Assembly: GCA_002269645.1 (NCBI GenBank)
Contig: NIVC01000640.1
Coordinates: forward strand, 62,001 to 126,000
DNA from: Macrostomum lignano
Lineage: Eukaryota
DNA: 64,000 nt
Reading direction: 5' to 3'
A program made the translations under genes and the position numbers. The notes beneath the pieces are model-generated. The model was not told the origin of the DNA. It did no database searches and worked only from the letters and a program-made list of their open reading frames with translations. How positions within the stretch are numbered: position 1 is the stretch's first letter; every line of letters begins with the position of its first letter. Shown piece after piece: positions 49,730 to 62,127 of this stretch.

Positions 49730-50675
49730 GTTATTAGGGCCTAATATTATATTGGGTTGAGTTGGACCATTATTTGGGACATGGACTTCAATCAAGTTAA
49801 GTATTCAAACAAAAATTCGATTGCCCCTTTACAGTCTGAGCGGTCATTAAACATGGTAAATATTGGATATGGCCGACTTGGCCGTATAATTTATACCCCA
49901 ATAGAAATTATTAAAATCCGCTTTACCCTTCAGGCGTTAGGGCCTAGCCCTAGGGAGCACGATCTTGAAGTTCAACTAGAGGCGGCGCGGCGCGGCCTAA
50001 CCGAAGAACCTTATTGATTCGAAGTGTGAAAGCAAGTTAGCAGACGCAAGTGCGACAATTTAAAAAAATTGGAACTGAAAACTTAAAAAACTTATTTTTG
50101 GTACGTTTCTTTTTGGTATGTTTTTTAAAATATAGTTTTATTTTAGACGTAAGTTTGCTATAATCGAAAAGGGTATATATACAAAATTCTTTTTTTCTAC
50201 GAAAAGTACCTCTGTCAACTTGGGGCTCTGCGGGTTTTAACAGCTTGTAATAACAATGTAAACGAATTTGTCAAAATCTATGGTAGGCCTAAGGACAAGG
50301 TAAACCGACTTCGTCAAAAGAGTTGACTCAGAGTCAAGAGAGTTCATTGACTTTTTTTCGTTCACATTCAAGATTCAATCAAGTTTACATGTTCAATTCA
50401 ACTATGCTTATAGTCAGATTGATATAAACTTTGCTTTTAAGTAAATATATAATATGTTAGGCAAATTTCTTGTCATTTTAAGTGCAAAGTGCCCACGAAG
50501 GCTTCATTTAAAAGTTCAGACATGCTTAAAAATGCGTAGCTGATATTTATGACTCAAAGACAAAACTCAAAAGAAGTCAATGACAATGTCATACATATTT
50601 GTAATGTATCTTTATATCTATTTTAAAAGTACTCATATTTTGTACTTATTTCACATTGTGCATTATTTGTATTTG

Positions 50676-51448
50676 GGCAATCCTGAAGATTCCCGCGTTT
50701 AATTATTTTACGGAATTTTACTAGCACATGCTGGTTGATCACTGGCAGCAGGGTGTTGGCTGAACAGTCTGGCACAGGAACAAGAACGCATTGACGAGTG
50801 CCTCTCTCCACCATGCCCAGCACCCAGTGGCCTTCACGGTACTGCCCCTGGTGGTACTTGCGATACATGAATTTGGACTCATCAATCTCAACATCCACTC
50901 CGGGCCCACCAAGCTGTGTTGGGTGGTCGATGAGGTACTGGGCACAGATGTCACAGATGTAATTGAACCAATCAATCACGGAGTATTCGCTGGCTCATGT
51001 CTCTTCAACCACAGTGGACAGGCAGCTGTTCGTTGACCAGAAGTAGATCATGTCGATCAACTGAACAAGTGACAGGTGACTGCCTTGGAAGAAAGAGCCA
51101 CACCGAATCGACTGATGTCGGCGGCAAGTCTTGCAGCTCCAGCAGACACCATCCACATAGTCTCGACCAGCCCGCCTTTGGAATGACATAGGCGTGTTGG
51201 GGCAGTGCTCACAGTCCATGCTGTTTTGCAGCAGCCCATACTTGGCCAGCCACTGGATGCCTGTCTCATCAGTTAGAGCCGTCAATTCACGATGGTTGAT
51301 GTTAAGTTCAGCTAGTTCAATAGTTGGTCTAACTTCTTAAGGATCCACGATTGTCTGGGGTGCTGGAGGTCACCCTGCCATAATTCCGTGGCTGAAATAT
51401 GCATAAAAATGCATAAAATAATTAAATGCGGGAATCTTCAGGATTGCC
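50676..51448 (-). mobile_element. Merlin / IS1595(ISXO2)-like DNA transposon deletion derivative, 773 bp
   Basis: About 35-bp TIRs GGCAATCCTGAAGATTCCCGC(G/A)TTTAATTATTTTA; 8-bp TSD TGTATTTG at 50668-50675 and 51449-51456. Transposase fragment has a CxxC...WxCxxC zinc ribbon, SIRCGSFF and GGPGVDVEIDESKF...WVLGMVER, with in-frame stops and truncation before the second catalytic Asp. Confidence 0.93.
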
Positions 51449-52904
51449 TGTATTTGTATTCTATTTATATTTTACTGTACTTTTTACTGTATTTATTTTT
51501 ATTTATGTTTATTTTGTTGGACAGTTTAAAATGAAGCTTGTTTTAATGACTAATAATTAAATAATATAAATATGAATCATCAATTTTTTGTAAGAGTTTG
51601 CCGCTCTGATTTGGCACTTTCAGCTGAGAGTTCAAACATGGCTCATGACAAATGACAAAAAATGACAAAATGGCAAATGACAAATTAATTAACCAAGTTT
51701 GTCTAATCACTTTGTCATCTACCAATAAGCTATAAGAAAATTTGGGTCAATCTGTCATCTAAGATAACAAAGTGGCAAATGACAAAATGTTTAAGAACTA
51801 CGAGCTATATTTATTAAGGCCTTTGATATTTCAGTGTAGACATATATACATCAAGTGCATTTTTGTCAAAAAAACATTGATTCTAATCATTTGCAATGTC
51901 AATTAAAAGCAAGGGCATATGAAAGCTTTTGATTAAAATTTAACTGAAAATATTTTTAGTAGAATAAGATTTTTTTCTCAATTTAAAATTTAAAGAATTT
52001 ATATAGTATAGAGTAAGCACAATATTATGTGTGACATATGTTGTTGCTGCTAAGATTGTCATAAATGCATAGAAGTTTATTTTCTATTCAAAAGATATTA
52101 TAAAGTTTGGAAAATTCTGTTCAAATTTAAAGCAGAATTATAACACTAAACTTTTGTGTGTATGTTGTTTTTGGGGTTTGGGATTAGGGGTTTTTGACTT
52201 CTTGCTTTAGGTCTAATTCAACCATTTAAGCTGAAAACTTTTACATCAAAAGAAGGCTTACAAATGTGTAAAAGAATAGCTAAAATATATGTGTACATAC
52301 TCTGCATTGAGCATCTTTGTTAAAAAGAACACTTATTTGTTCAAAGTGTCTGTCTGAATATTTATTAACAAATCACTACATTTGATATTCCCTATTGAAT
52401 TTTTTTAGAATATAGCAATTTGCTAAGATTTACAAATATATCAATTATGTCACATTTAGCTATCTCTTAGTTCAGAATATTTGCTTGGCTTCAATGGTCA
52501 TGTTTATCTATATAAGGACCTTCTTATCTTATTTTTTGTTATGGGCTTTTAGGCTACTATGCCACATGACTATTCTTTTTGTTGCACTGTGCCATATTGC
52601 CAAAAAGTCTAACAAGTGTAGCAATTAGCTGACAAGGCCTACAAACATTTCCAATAGTACATTTTCCAATAAGGTTAATATATTAATAATCATAGCCTTC
52701 AACAGTTTAAATGGTCTTTTAAAGCTAAAACTTGCAATGAAAGTGCCCTTGGTTATTTTTAGAGCTGTGCTATAAACCTAACCAAATTTATTTTACATTT
52801 TTTGTATCTATAGCTAGTTGAATTAATTTTTTTATCATTTTAACAAAATATTAATCTACTCACTTTTGATAAAAAAAACCTTTCTCTTTTACAGTCTTTG
52901 CACA

Positions 52905-55130
52905 ATGAATTTTCTACGCAACCTTGGCAAAAAGTTATCCGAGGTGTCAGAAGACATCAATCAAAATCTGAGCCAACTCAAAGTGAAAGCTAGCGCCTCA
53001 TTTGACAGTTCGCTCAAACACAATGCTGATGACAAGTGAGTGAAGTTTTGCTTATTTTATTAGCTTGAATATCAGGCAGCACTGCTCATCCCTGATTGAG
53101 ATTTCTAATATTTCCCAGGCAAGATCCCCAGCATCTGCGCGCCCAATCCGCTGGCTGCCTGCTGCCTGGCGCTGACCTGCTGGCCGCCTACCAGCGCCAC
53201 TGGTCGGAGATTCACCGCGGCAGCGACGAAGTCGGCCGCTCCGTTGATCGAGTCGGCCGCCTGGCCGCCGTGGTGTCCGGCCGAGCGCGTTCCCGCGCCG
53301 CCGCCTGGACGGCCCTGCAGCGCGAGGCCTGCGACCTGCCGCGAACCCTGGCCAGTCTGGAGTGCATCGGAGCCCTGCTAGACAGCTTGGAGCAGAGCTG
53401 CCGCGAGGTTGAGCATGAACTGGCGCTGCTGGAGAATCAGGTAAGGTTGCAGTTACTCACTTACTGACGAGCGGCTCTACAGCATTGTAATTCAAAACAG
53501 AATCGTTCCAAATTATCACTTAAAAATCTATATCGGATCACCCGAATTGGCACCTTGTCACTAAAAATCACTCCAAAGATGTCACACATGAATCAGTCCT
53601 AACTTGTCCCTCAAGAATCGCCTCAAAACTTGTCACTCAAGAATCGCCTCAAAACTTGTCACTCAAGAATCGCCTTAAAACTTGTCACTCGAGAATCGCC
53701 TCAAAACTTGTCACTCAAGAATCACTCCAAACTTGTCACTCAAGAATCGCCTCAAAACTTGTCACTCGAGGATCGCCTCAAAACTTGTCACTCGAGGATC
53801 GCCTCAAAACTTGTCACTCGAGAATCGCCTCAAAACTTGTCACTCAAGAATCGCCCCAAAACTTGTCACTCAAGAATTGCCTCAAAACTTGTCACTCAAG
53901 AATCGCCTCAAAACTTGTCACTCAAGAATCACTCCAAACTTGTCACTCCAGAATCACTCCAAACTTGTCACTCGAGAATCACTTCAAACTTGTCACTCGA
54001 GAATCACTTCAAACTTGTCACTCCAAAGTTGTCATTGTCACTCAAGAATCACCGCACTTAATTATCCCAGAATCTGCCACTTGATAAAAATTATTATAAA
54101 CATTTGCATAAACATAAACGCATTACAAACATTGGAGTTCATGCATCAATCAATCAATTAGAATGAACACTTTGCCGTCATTCAGGCCGAGTGGGTGCAG
54201 CTGCGCCGGGACCAGCACGCTCACAACTACCAGCTGTTGGAGCACAGTAGGCGCCGATCAGAGGAGCTGGAACGGCGCCGGGTGCAGATGGCCCAGCGCC
54301 ACGCCGGCCGGGTCAGAGCGTTGGAACAGTCTCGACAGGCCGCCCTGTTGGAAAGGCAGCGCGCTTTTGAACAGGTGATAATAAATAATAATACTGTAAT
54401 AATTTATTACGCCTGCCCTAATGGAGCCACATGTGCAACCGACAGCTCAGCCGCAGCTATTGCACGGCGCATCTGAAGGCTGCGTACGGCTGTTCAGTCC
54501 AAGGACTGGGGGTTCGCCGCACACACACCCTAACTTTACAGCTGGGTGAACTGCAGCAATGCAGAGTTAAGTGTCTTGCTTAAGGACACAGATTGTTCCA
54601 AGTAGGATTGGGAATCGAACCCCCGACCTTTCCGTCGAGAGTTCTACTAGAATAAAACCCCTGGCTATAAGCTAAATATAATTAGGCTTAAGGCTTCACT
54701 TGGCATTCGTTCGCTGTGTCTTCACCGAACCCTTCTCCATCCAATTTCTCAGGAGTTCCAGCGGGACATGCAGTTCTTCAAGGAGCACGGCCACACTGAG
54801 CGGGCGCCGAGCGTCAGCAGCAGCGGCGGTGGCGGCGGAGGCGGAGCCGGCAGCGTCGGTAGCGGCGGCGGCGGTCAGGATACCCCGGCTTCTCTGGCCG
54901 ACGCCGCCGATCTGCTGCCGCCGCCGCCGCTGGACGACGCCGCCGAGGCGTTGGACAAATTTCTTGAAGCGAACGACGATGACGAAGATGTCGGCGAAGA
55001 TCCTGACGATGTTGACGCCGATGCGGCTGTCGAACTCGACGACGAAGAGGATGATGACGATGACGTCAGATCGCCGGTGTTTCCTGCCGCCGACGCCGAC
55101 GACTCATCTCAGGCAGCGCCTCAGGAGTGA
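52905..55130 (+). CDS. DTNBP1: Dysbindin (BLOC-1 subunit 8); exons 52905-53035, 53119-53440, 54186-54374, 54753-55130 (339 aa)
   Basis: Phase-consistent GT-AG introns (2,0,0). GADLLAAYQRHWSEIH, LPRTLASLECI and LLERQRAFEQ|EFQRDMQFFKEHG parallel the human dysbindin GLELLSRYEDTWAALH and [23 protein letters not shown]; acidic C-terminal tail. Confidence 0.88.
53605..54050. repeat. 25-26-bp minisatellite in dysbindin intron 2 (TCACTCAAGAATCGCCTCAAAACTTG)n
   Basis: Direct reading. Confidence 0.93.
54480..54650 (-). mobile_element. 5'-truncated tRNA-derived CORE-type SINE in dysbindin intron 3
   Basis: Minus strand has a B box GGTTCGATTCCC followed by GTGTCCTTAAGCAAGACACTTAAC, which resembles the CORE/MIR GTGACCTTGGGCAAGTCACTT, then CAGTTCACCCAGCTGTAAA. 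Confidence 0.7.
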
Positions 55131-55249
55131 CAGCTTGGACTCGCGATGGAGTTGGGTTTGAATCTGTTAGACAATTTTAACCGTCTGCCGGCTGTGTGGA
55201 GTGGCTTGTCATCAATTTTATAGTGTCTTACTGCCTTGTTTACATAAAG

Positions 55250-55972
55250 CCCCAATTAGGAATCCTACAGTCCCAATTAGGAATCCTACAGTCCCAATTA
55301 GGAATCCTACAGCCCCAATTAGGAACCCTACAGTCTCAATTAGGAACCCTACAGTCCCAATTAGGAATGCTACAGTCCCAATTAGGAATCCTACAGTCCC
55401 AATTAGGAATCCTACAGTCCCAATTAGGAATCCTACAGTCCCAATTAGGAATCCTACAGTCCCAATTAGGAACCCTACAGTCCCAATTAGGAATGCTACA
55501 GTCCCAATTAGGAATCCTACAGTCCCAATTAGGAATGCTACAGTCCCAATTAGGAATCCTACAGTCCCAATTAGGAATGCTACAGTCCCAATTAGGAATC
55601 CTACAGTCCCAATTAGGAATCCTACAGTCCCAATTAGGAATCCTACAGTCCCAATTAGGAATCCTACAGTCCCAATTAGGAACCCTACAGTCCCAATTAG
55701 GAATCCTACAGTCCCAATTAGGAATCCTACAGTCCCAATTAGGAATCCTACAGTCCCAATTAGGAACCCTACAGTCCCAATTAGGAACCCTACAGTCCCA
55801 ATTAGGAACCCTACAGTCCCAATTAGGAATCCTACAGTCCCAATTAGGAACCCTACAGTCCCAATTAGGAATCCTACAGTCCCAATTAGGAATCCTACAG
55901 TCCCAATTAGGAATCCTACAGTCCCAATTAGGAATCCTACAGTCCCAATTAGGAACCCTACAGTCCCAATTA
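55250..55972. repeat. 21-bp minisatellite (CCCAATTAGGAATCCTACAGT)n downstream of the dysbindin stop
   Basis: About 34 units. Confidence 0.96.
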
Positions 55973-56475
55973 GCGTCTTCCATCAGTTTTTCAGATCTGT
56001 GTCAGTAAGAAGAATTTCTTACTCATTCTCAACATCAAATGAGACTGCGACCCAGTTGCTTTCGCATTCAATTGTTGCTAGGAACTTGATTTATTACAAT
56101 GCTGTGAATTGCATGGATTTCAGCCGCACAGAGTACAGTAATATTTAATTCTACTTCAGTATTTCAAATGTACATACTTGTTTTGCGTTGCGGTCATTTA
56201 CAATCCGAGACAATAAAAATTATGTTTAATCATATTTCTTTATTGCCAAATAAATTCCAAAATAAGATGATTACATTATCAAACATTCTCCATTGATTGA
56301 CAGCTAAGTTAAGCAAACTGGAATTTAAATGCATTGCGGTCTTTTAATCGACATCTGGACTTGGAAGAAAAATTTTGCTGATGCACCTACTGTAAGTATT
56401 GCAATGATCATTGTTAGTAACAAGGCATAACAAGTTAAAGTTGTGATTTTACACTGACGGTCCATCCTCTTCAAG

Positions 56476-56745
56476 GGCTGCCGTAACCCAGTGGTCTAGC
56501 GCGGCGCTCTGATGTGCCAGCGGCCCAGGCTCGATATCAAGTGCCGTCACATTGCTTTGGAGCTAAATTGGAATATCGGCTTGGAAGGGCCAAACCCCAA
56601 GGCACGGTGAAGTGTACATGCCTAACGATATATAAAGTCAGGACCGCTGTACACTCCTGTGAGTGTGTGCCTGTGTGTATGACTGCGTACGTATCCACGC
56701 GCTTGTGTGCCTGCTCAGGGGAGTCGGCGGAATGGGCAGAAATGG
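56476..56745 (+). mobile_element. tRNA-head SINE-like element; partial copies at 57150-57260, 57728-57870 and head only at 44768-44795
   Basis: A-box-like CAGTGGTCTAGCG and B-box-like GGCTCGATATC. The body CCCCAAGGCAC(G/A)GTGAAGTGTACATGCCTAACGAT...CTCAGGGGAGTCGGC is repeated at 57730, and a 26-nt head is identical at 44768. Confidence 0.6.
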
Positions 56746-57885
56746 CTTAAAGTGCGCAATGGTTTAAACACAGCCCCTGCCTCTACGAGCGAAATAGGAA
56801 TTCTCTTCTATTGGTTATAATAATAAATCCCTTATAGCATGTAAAATTCAATTAGTGTACTTCTTATACTACTTATTCTTATTCTGTCAATAGTAGCCTA
56901 CTGAGAATATCTACTATATACCAGTTAATTAACTAGTGTAACTAGTCAACTTGAGCACTGGAATACAGCCCGAAGTTCGAGCGCTGCTCCGAGTCGAACC
57001 GGCTGCAAAGGGTCAGAGCAGCTCACTGGCAGACGCGGCTGACTCTCGCGCTTCACGATCCTTGATTCGATTCTGCGCGCCGACATACTCACTTTTATGG
57101 CTTGTGGGCGAAAACTGGCCAATGGGTTGCCGTGCGATTCACAGCCACGAGGGCCAACCCACCCCAAGGCGCAGAGAGTGCACATGCCTGACGATTGGAA
57201 AGTCATGGCCGCTGTGCACCCTTTGTGAGCGCGTGTGTATGATTGTGCGTATTGACGATCAGATCAGCCAGTGTCCTTACATCTGCTGTTAATTTACTCG
57301 TAGAATTTATTTTTCAAATGGCGCAATGCTTTGATGTGTTTGGTGAATTCAATACGTGTTAAATAAAGTGAACACTTTCTGTAATGATTGCTTGTGTTTG
57401 ATGTTCGCTGCAACGGGCACTGGGATGATAAGGGGGATAATATTGTATAGCCGTGCGAGCTGCATGCAGTCTCTCGGTCTAACTGGGTTACAGGATCTGG
57501 TAGCGCAGCTGCTCGACTGCTAATTTTCGATTATTATTCCAAGAAAGAAAATGCAATAAAATTGCTGCGATGCTAAACATTCGCGAAGGGTGCGCTTATG
57601 AATATTTAATTTTTTTCATTTCAATATTTACATTTTCCGTATTCATTAGAGGCAGTGTATTATAGTTTGAGCTAGAATGCTACTACGAGTAGTAGGGACA
57701 TTTTGGAATCTCGGCGCCCTTGAAGGTCAACCCCCAAGGCACAGTGAAGTGTACATGCCTAACGATTAATAAAGTTAATCGCTGTACACTCCTGTGTGAG
57801 TGTGTGCCTGTGCGTATAACTGCGTACGTATCCGCGCGCTTGTATGCCTGCTCAGGGGAGTCGGCTCTAACTGGATTCCACTGAA

Positions 57886-58412
57886 ATCTAGATTGCTGTG
57901 TCATATTATTGCAATTGATTTCTGCACAGTCTAGATTGCTGTGTCATATTATTGCAATTGATTGCTGCGCAGTCTAGATTGCTGTGTCATATTATTGCAA
58001 TTGATTGCTGCGCAGTCTAGATTGCTGTGTCATATTATTGCAATTGATTGCTGCGCAGTCTAGATTGCTGTGTCATATTATTGCAATTGATTGCTGCGCA
58101 GTCTAGATTGCTGTGTCATATTATTGCAATTGATTGCTGCGCAGTCTAGATTGCTGTGTCATATTATTGCAATTGATTGCTGCGCAGTCTAGATTGCTGT
58201 GTCATATTATTGCAATTGATTGCTGCGCAGTCTAGATTGCTGTGTCATATTATTGCAATTGATTGCTGCGCAGTCTAGATTGCTGTGTCATATTATTGCA
58301 ATTGATTGCTGCGCAGTCTAGATTGCTGTGTCATATTATTGCAATTGATTTCTGCGCAGTCTAGATTGCTGTGTCATATTATTGCAATTGATTGCTGCGC
58401 AGTCTAGATTGC
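57886..58412. repeat. 43-bp minisatellite (TCTAGATTGCTGTGTCATATTATTGCAATTGATTGCTGCGCAG)n
   Basis: About 12 nearly identical units, no spacers. Confidence 0.96.
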
Positions 58413-58878
58413 TGCAGAGTTTCCATCACGGGGGGCGGCGGGAAAGAGCAGCGGCCAGCCAACATGTACACCAGCTGTGTGGTAAACTGAGAGAAACGAG
58501 GAGATTCGCAGCAGTCATCCGAGCCAGTGCACACAGACAGGCCCCATGGAGTGCCTGACTGCCTGGCAACTGTGCCAGTCTGCAGCACTATGATGCCTCC
58601 CGGCAGCGGCAAACAAATATTTGAGTCGCCACGCCTATTCTGGGCACTGCTGTAGCCGCACCCATGTACAAACACACACACACACACAATAAGCACTGCT
58701 ACGAGAGAAAGGAAAGCTTCATTAATTTTAAATCGCGCTGGTCTGCAGTGGATGGTCCTGAGTGCCTCATTTTTTCTCCAGCTCTATATATATTATATAT
58801 ATAAAATCTGCTGCACTTGCCACAAGATGGAGACTTGGCTGCTTTACAAGCAGCCCTGAGAACCCATTGCGGCATTTC

Positions 58879-59017
<139 letters not shown>

Positions 59018-60189
59018 CTCTAACACCGCGGCCAACAATTATGGCCACCCCCTGTTGTCGGTAATTTGTCAATCTTTGGTTAGCGGCAAGAAAACAGAGA
59101 CCCAATGTAATTTGGCAGAAGTTTTTTTTACAGCTTTACAAGAAAGTACGCTCGTAATCAACTGGCTAAGGTATGCGAAATAGCTAGCTTTAATTAGATT
59201 GCTAACACCCTTTAAGGTGTAACACGCCACCTTCGCCAAAATATTCTTCAAGCTATCATTAATAATAACTGCAGCCATTCAGCAATTGCTCAGACTTGAA
59301 ATTGCTTTCTCTTGCCTTTCTCTGTGTTTGCTAAAAATAAGCAACACCTGGATGAGACTTGAAACATTATTTGGCTATAGAAGCGCGCGGTTGAGCAGCT
59401 GGAAACCATGCAGAATGCTTCATCTGGCGCGTGCAGCGATGCTGACAGGCCAGAGGGGCAGACAAAGCTTTAGAGATGCACACAGAGCATTTGGGAGTTG
59501 GGAAATTGTCTCGCTCTTATGCGTCACACGCAGAAATAGGTGCCTAGCTTTCCATTAGTGCATGCAAATTTCAACCGACTGGATCCCTGTTGATGTAACT
59601 GGAAGTTAACTCACTTTGGGATTGACTATAGTTTGAAGTGGATCTGTTTCAAAAAAGGTTCGATTTTATTCACTCTAGTACCTATACGCGCTAGCCGTGG
59701 CCAGTCCTACTGTCTCAAGCATTTCAACTCACGATTGGACGAGTCGCGTTGCACGCAATACCGTGACTGCGACAGCAAGTGAACCGCGTCTGCCATGGCG
59801 AAGGTGAAACCTGCAGCTTCCATCATCGTTTAGCTGGAAACTGGCAGGCAGTCAGTCTAGCCAGAGCCATCAGTGCCAATTCCGCTATCTTTCTCGGTCA
59901 ATATTTATCACTTTAGGCAAAAGCATTTCAACAGCTGAACAGTGGAAAGCAAAAACTTGTTTACACTTCGCTTGGTGACGCCCTGAAGCGGTGCAGCGTC
60001 TGGTTGGAGAGCTCCGATTTAACAGTTTGAAGTCACAAAACTGTGAAAGAAAGAAACGCGCTTTCAAACTAAAATCTATCAATCAATTAGTGAGTTGTGA
60101 GCCTCTTAAACTGTGAAGATATGAAGAGAGAAACTGAGTCCAGTGATCCTGGGAGCAATATTTCTTTGACACGCAAATTAAATCAGGTG

Positions 60190-60600
60190 CTTCTGAGGTA
60201 CTTTTTAGCGGAGAAGCACCTGAGGTACATTTTTAGCGGAGAAGCACCTGAGGTACAGCTGTAGCTGAGAAGCACCTGAGGTACATCTGTAGCGGAGAAG
60301 CACCTGAGGTACATCTGTAGCGGAGAAGCACCTGAGGTACATCTGTAGCGGAGAAGCACCTGAGGTACATCTGTAGTGGAGAAGCACCTGAGGTACATCT
60401 GTAGCGGAGAAGCACCTGAGGTACATCTGTAGCGGAGAAGCACCTGAGGTACATCTGTAGCGGAGAAGCACCTGAGGTACATCTGTAGCGGAGAAGCACC
60501 TGAGGTACATCTGTAGCGGAGAAGCACCTGAGGTACATCTGTAGCGGAGAAGCACCTGAGGTACATCTGTAGCGGAGAAGCACCTGAGGTACATCTGTAC
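60190..60600. repeat. 28-bp minisatellite (AGCACCTGAGGTACATCTGTAGCGGAGA)n
   Basis: About 14 units. Confidence 0.95.
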
Positions 60601-62127
60601 CGAAGAAGCCTCGCTTTATCACCCTATAACTTGGACGCGATAAAATAATACGGTATACTCGTATTTGCATCAGGTGCAGCAGAGTCCCAAACTGCAGGGT
60701 TAGCTGCACCGGCTGCAGTATTGACCAAAAATCCCTCAACTTTTATAAGGGAAACGGGGACACAGTGAGGATATTGTAAAAAGGTGTAATCGTCGAGAGT
60801 GAGAGTTAATGCTGCTGCTGAGTCGATTTCTGCTCCAATTCCCAAACCCATGCGGTCCCCTCCCTTGTGGGACAGTCGATAAAGCGGAGTTCTTCCCCTG
60901 TCTGTCTCCCTGCTCCCACCGTGGGAGGTGCACTGCTGAGTCCGTGTAGCATTCAGGGGGGGGGGGAATTGTATCTGTCATTGGGCGCCAAGTAGTGTGT
61001 GAATAAAACTGCGCCACGCAGTGAGAAATTTGAGCCTCCGATACGCTTGCATTCCCTACGCCTTAAATACAGTGTCTATAATGCCGCTGTGCCGGCCTTA
61101 AAAACTTTCAATTCCAGTACCTGGGGCGGCCAACTCTCTGCAAACCTATGTCTGCGATCCCTTCCCTCTGTCTTCCCCTTCGCATGGATCAAATAGCCCG
61201 CATCTGTTATCAGAATGAAGCACGCCAGGGCTGAAACACTCCGAAAGTGGAATTGGAAGATCTTAACTGACACACCTTGTTAAGTGGGGTGTTTAGGGTG
61301 CTCAAGCAATTGTTGAGGAGTTGATATTATCGAGATTAAAGAATAGTGGGCAGCGGAAGTGGCTAGGGGAGGATTGGGATCGATAAAAGGTGCAGAAAGG
61401 AGAGTGAGTTGTTGATAAGCGAGACAATCTCCCATAAGATGGCCAAAAAGAGGCACAGAAAGTCGGAAAGGATTTAAAATCATTTTCCAGAGCATAAAAT
61501 ATTTCAGAATCACTTAGGGACCCGCTGCATCAAAGTGCATTGGAGTGGGAAATGGTGCAATGGGGCAGCTGGCTTACTCCAAATTTGGCAGGCAAATGTG
61601 TTGTAAAGTGGGGACAGTGTGCGTCAGTAAGCAGACTGTGCAGGGCCTCAGGGACCCCCAGAGGTAGTTGCATAATTGATAGCGGTTAGTGCTTTACAAA
61701 GCTTGTATGGCCGGCAATGAACAGTAGATATACTTCACTCTTCTAATGCCCATCCCCCCTCTCTCTCAGCGTTTTCGCACGCGCAGGTGAGGTTGTACGC
61801 TCGTATACAAGTGTGGGAGCAGATGCCCAGCTGTTGGTCAGGCCATCTCCAGCCAGTCAGTCATTTTAGTCTTCAAAATTGATGATTGAGGGCCGGGAGC
61901 GGGCACGCCAAACTGATAAACAAAATGAGGACTGTGGAGAGGGGATTTGAGGCGGTCGGCCCAGCTCTGCGCCCTCCGATGCCAGCCAATGGGAATCAGT
62001 GGCCGGGCAGCTAGCAGTTGTCGGATCAGTCAAATTTCTATAAAAATGCGCTCCCGTCAACCTCTAAGCGACAGTCTGGCGGCTTTGCGGCTATGGGAAC
62101 TTAGACTGCAGGCCTCGGCTCTGAGAG

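Noticed and set aside
50676-51448. Bacterial IS1595 insertion, contamination or recent HGT
   Set aside because: TIR and TSD features and the zinc-ribbon transposase fit the eukaryotic Merlin superfamily, and the flanks are ordinary host AT-rich DNA.
55196-56148. LQSQLGI leucine-zipper-like ORF after dysbindin
   Set aside because: Translation of a 21-bp satellite downstream of the dysbindin stop codon; open in three frames.
56476-56550. tRNA gene
   Set aside because: A/B-box-like motifs are present but the cloverleaf stems do not pair; better explained as a SINE head.
57886-58412. 43-bp repeats as a CRISPR array
   Set aside because: Units are head-to-tail with no spacers, there are no cas genes, and the context is eukaryotic.
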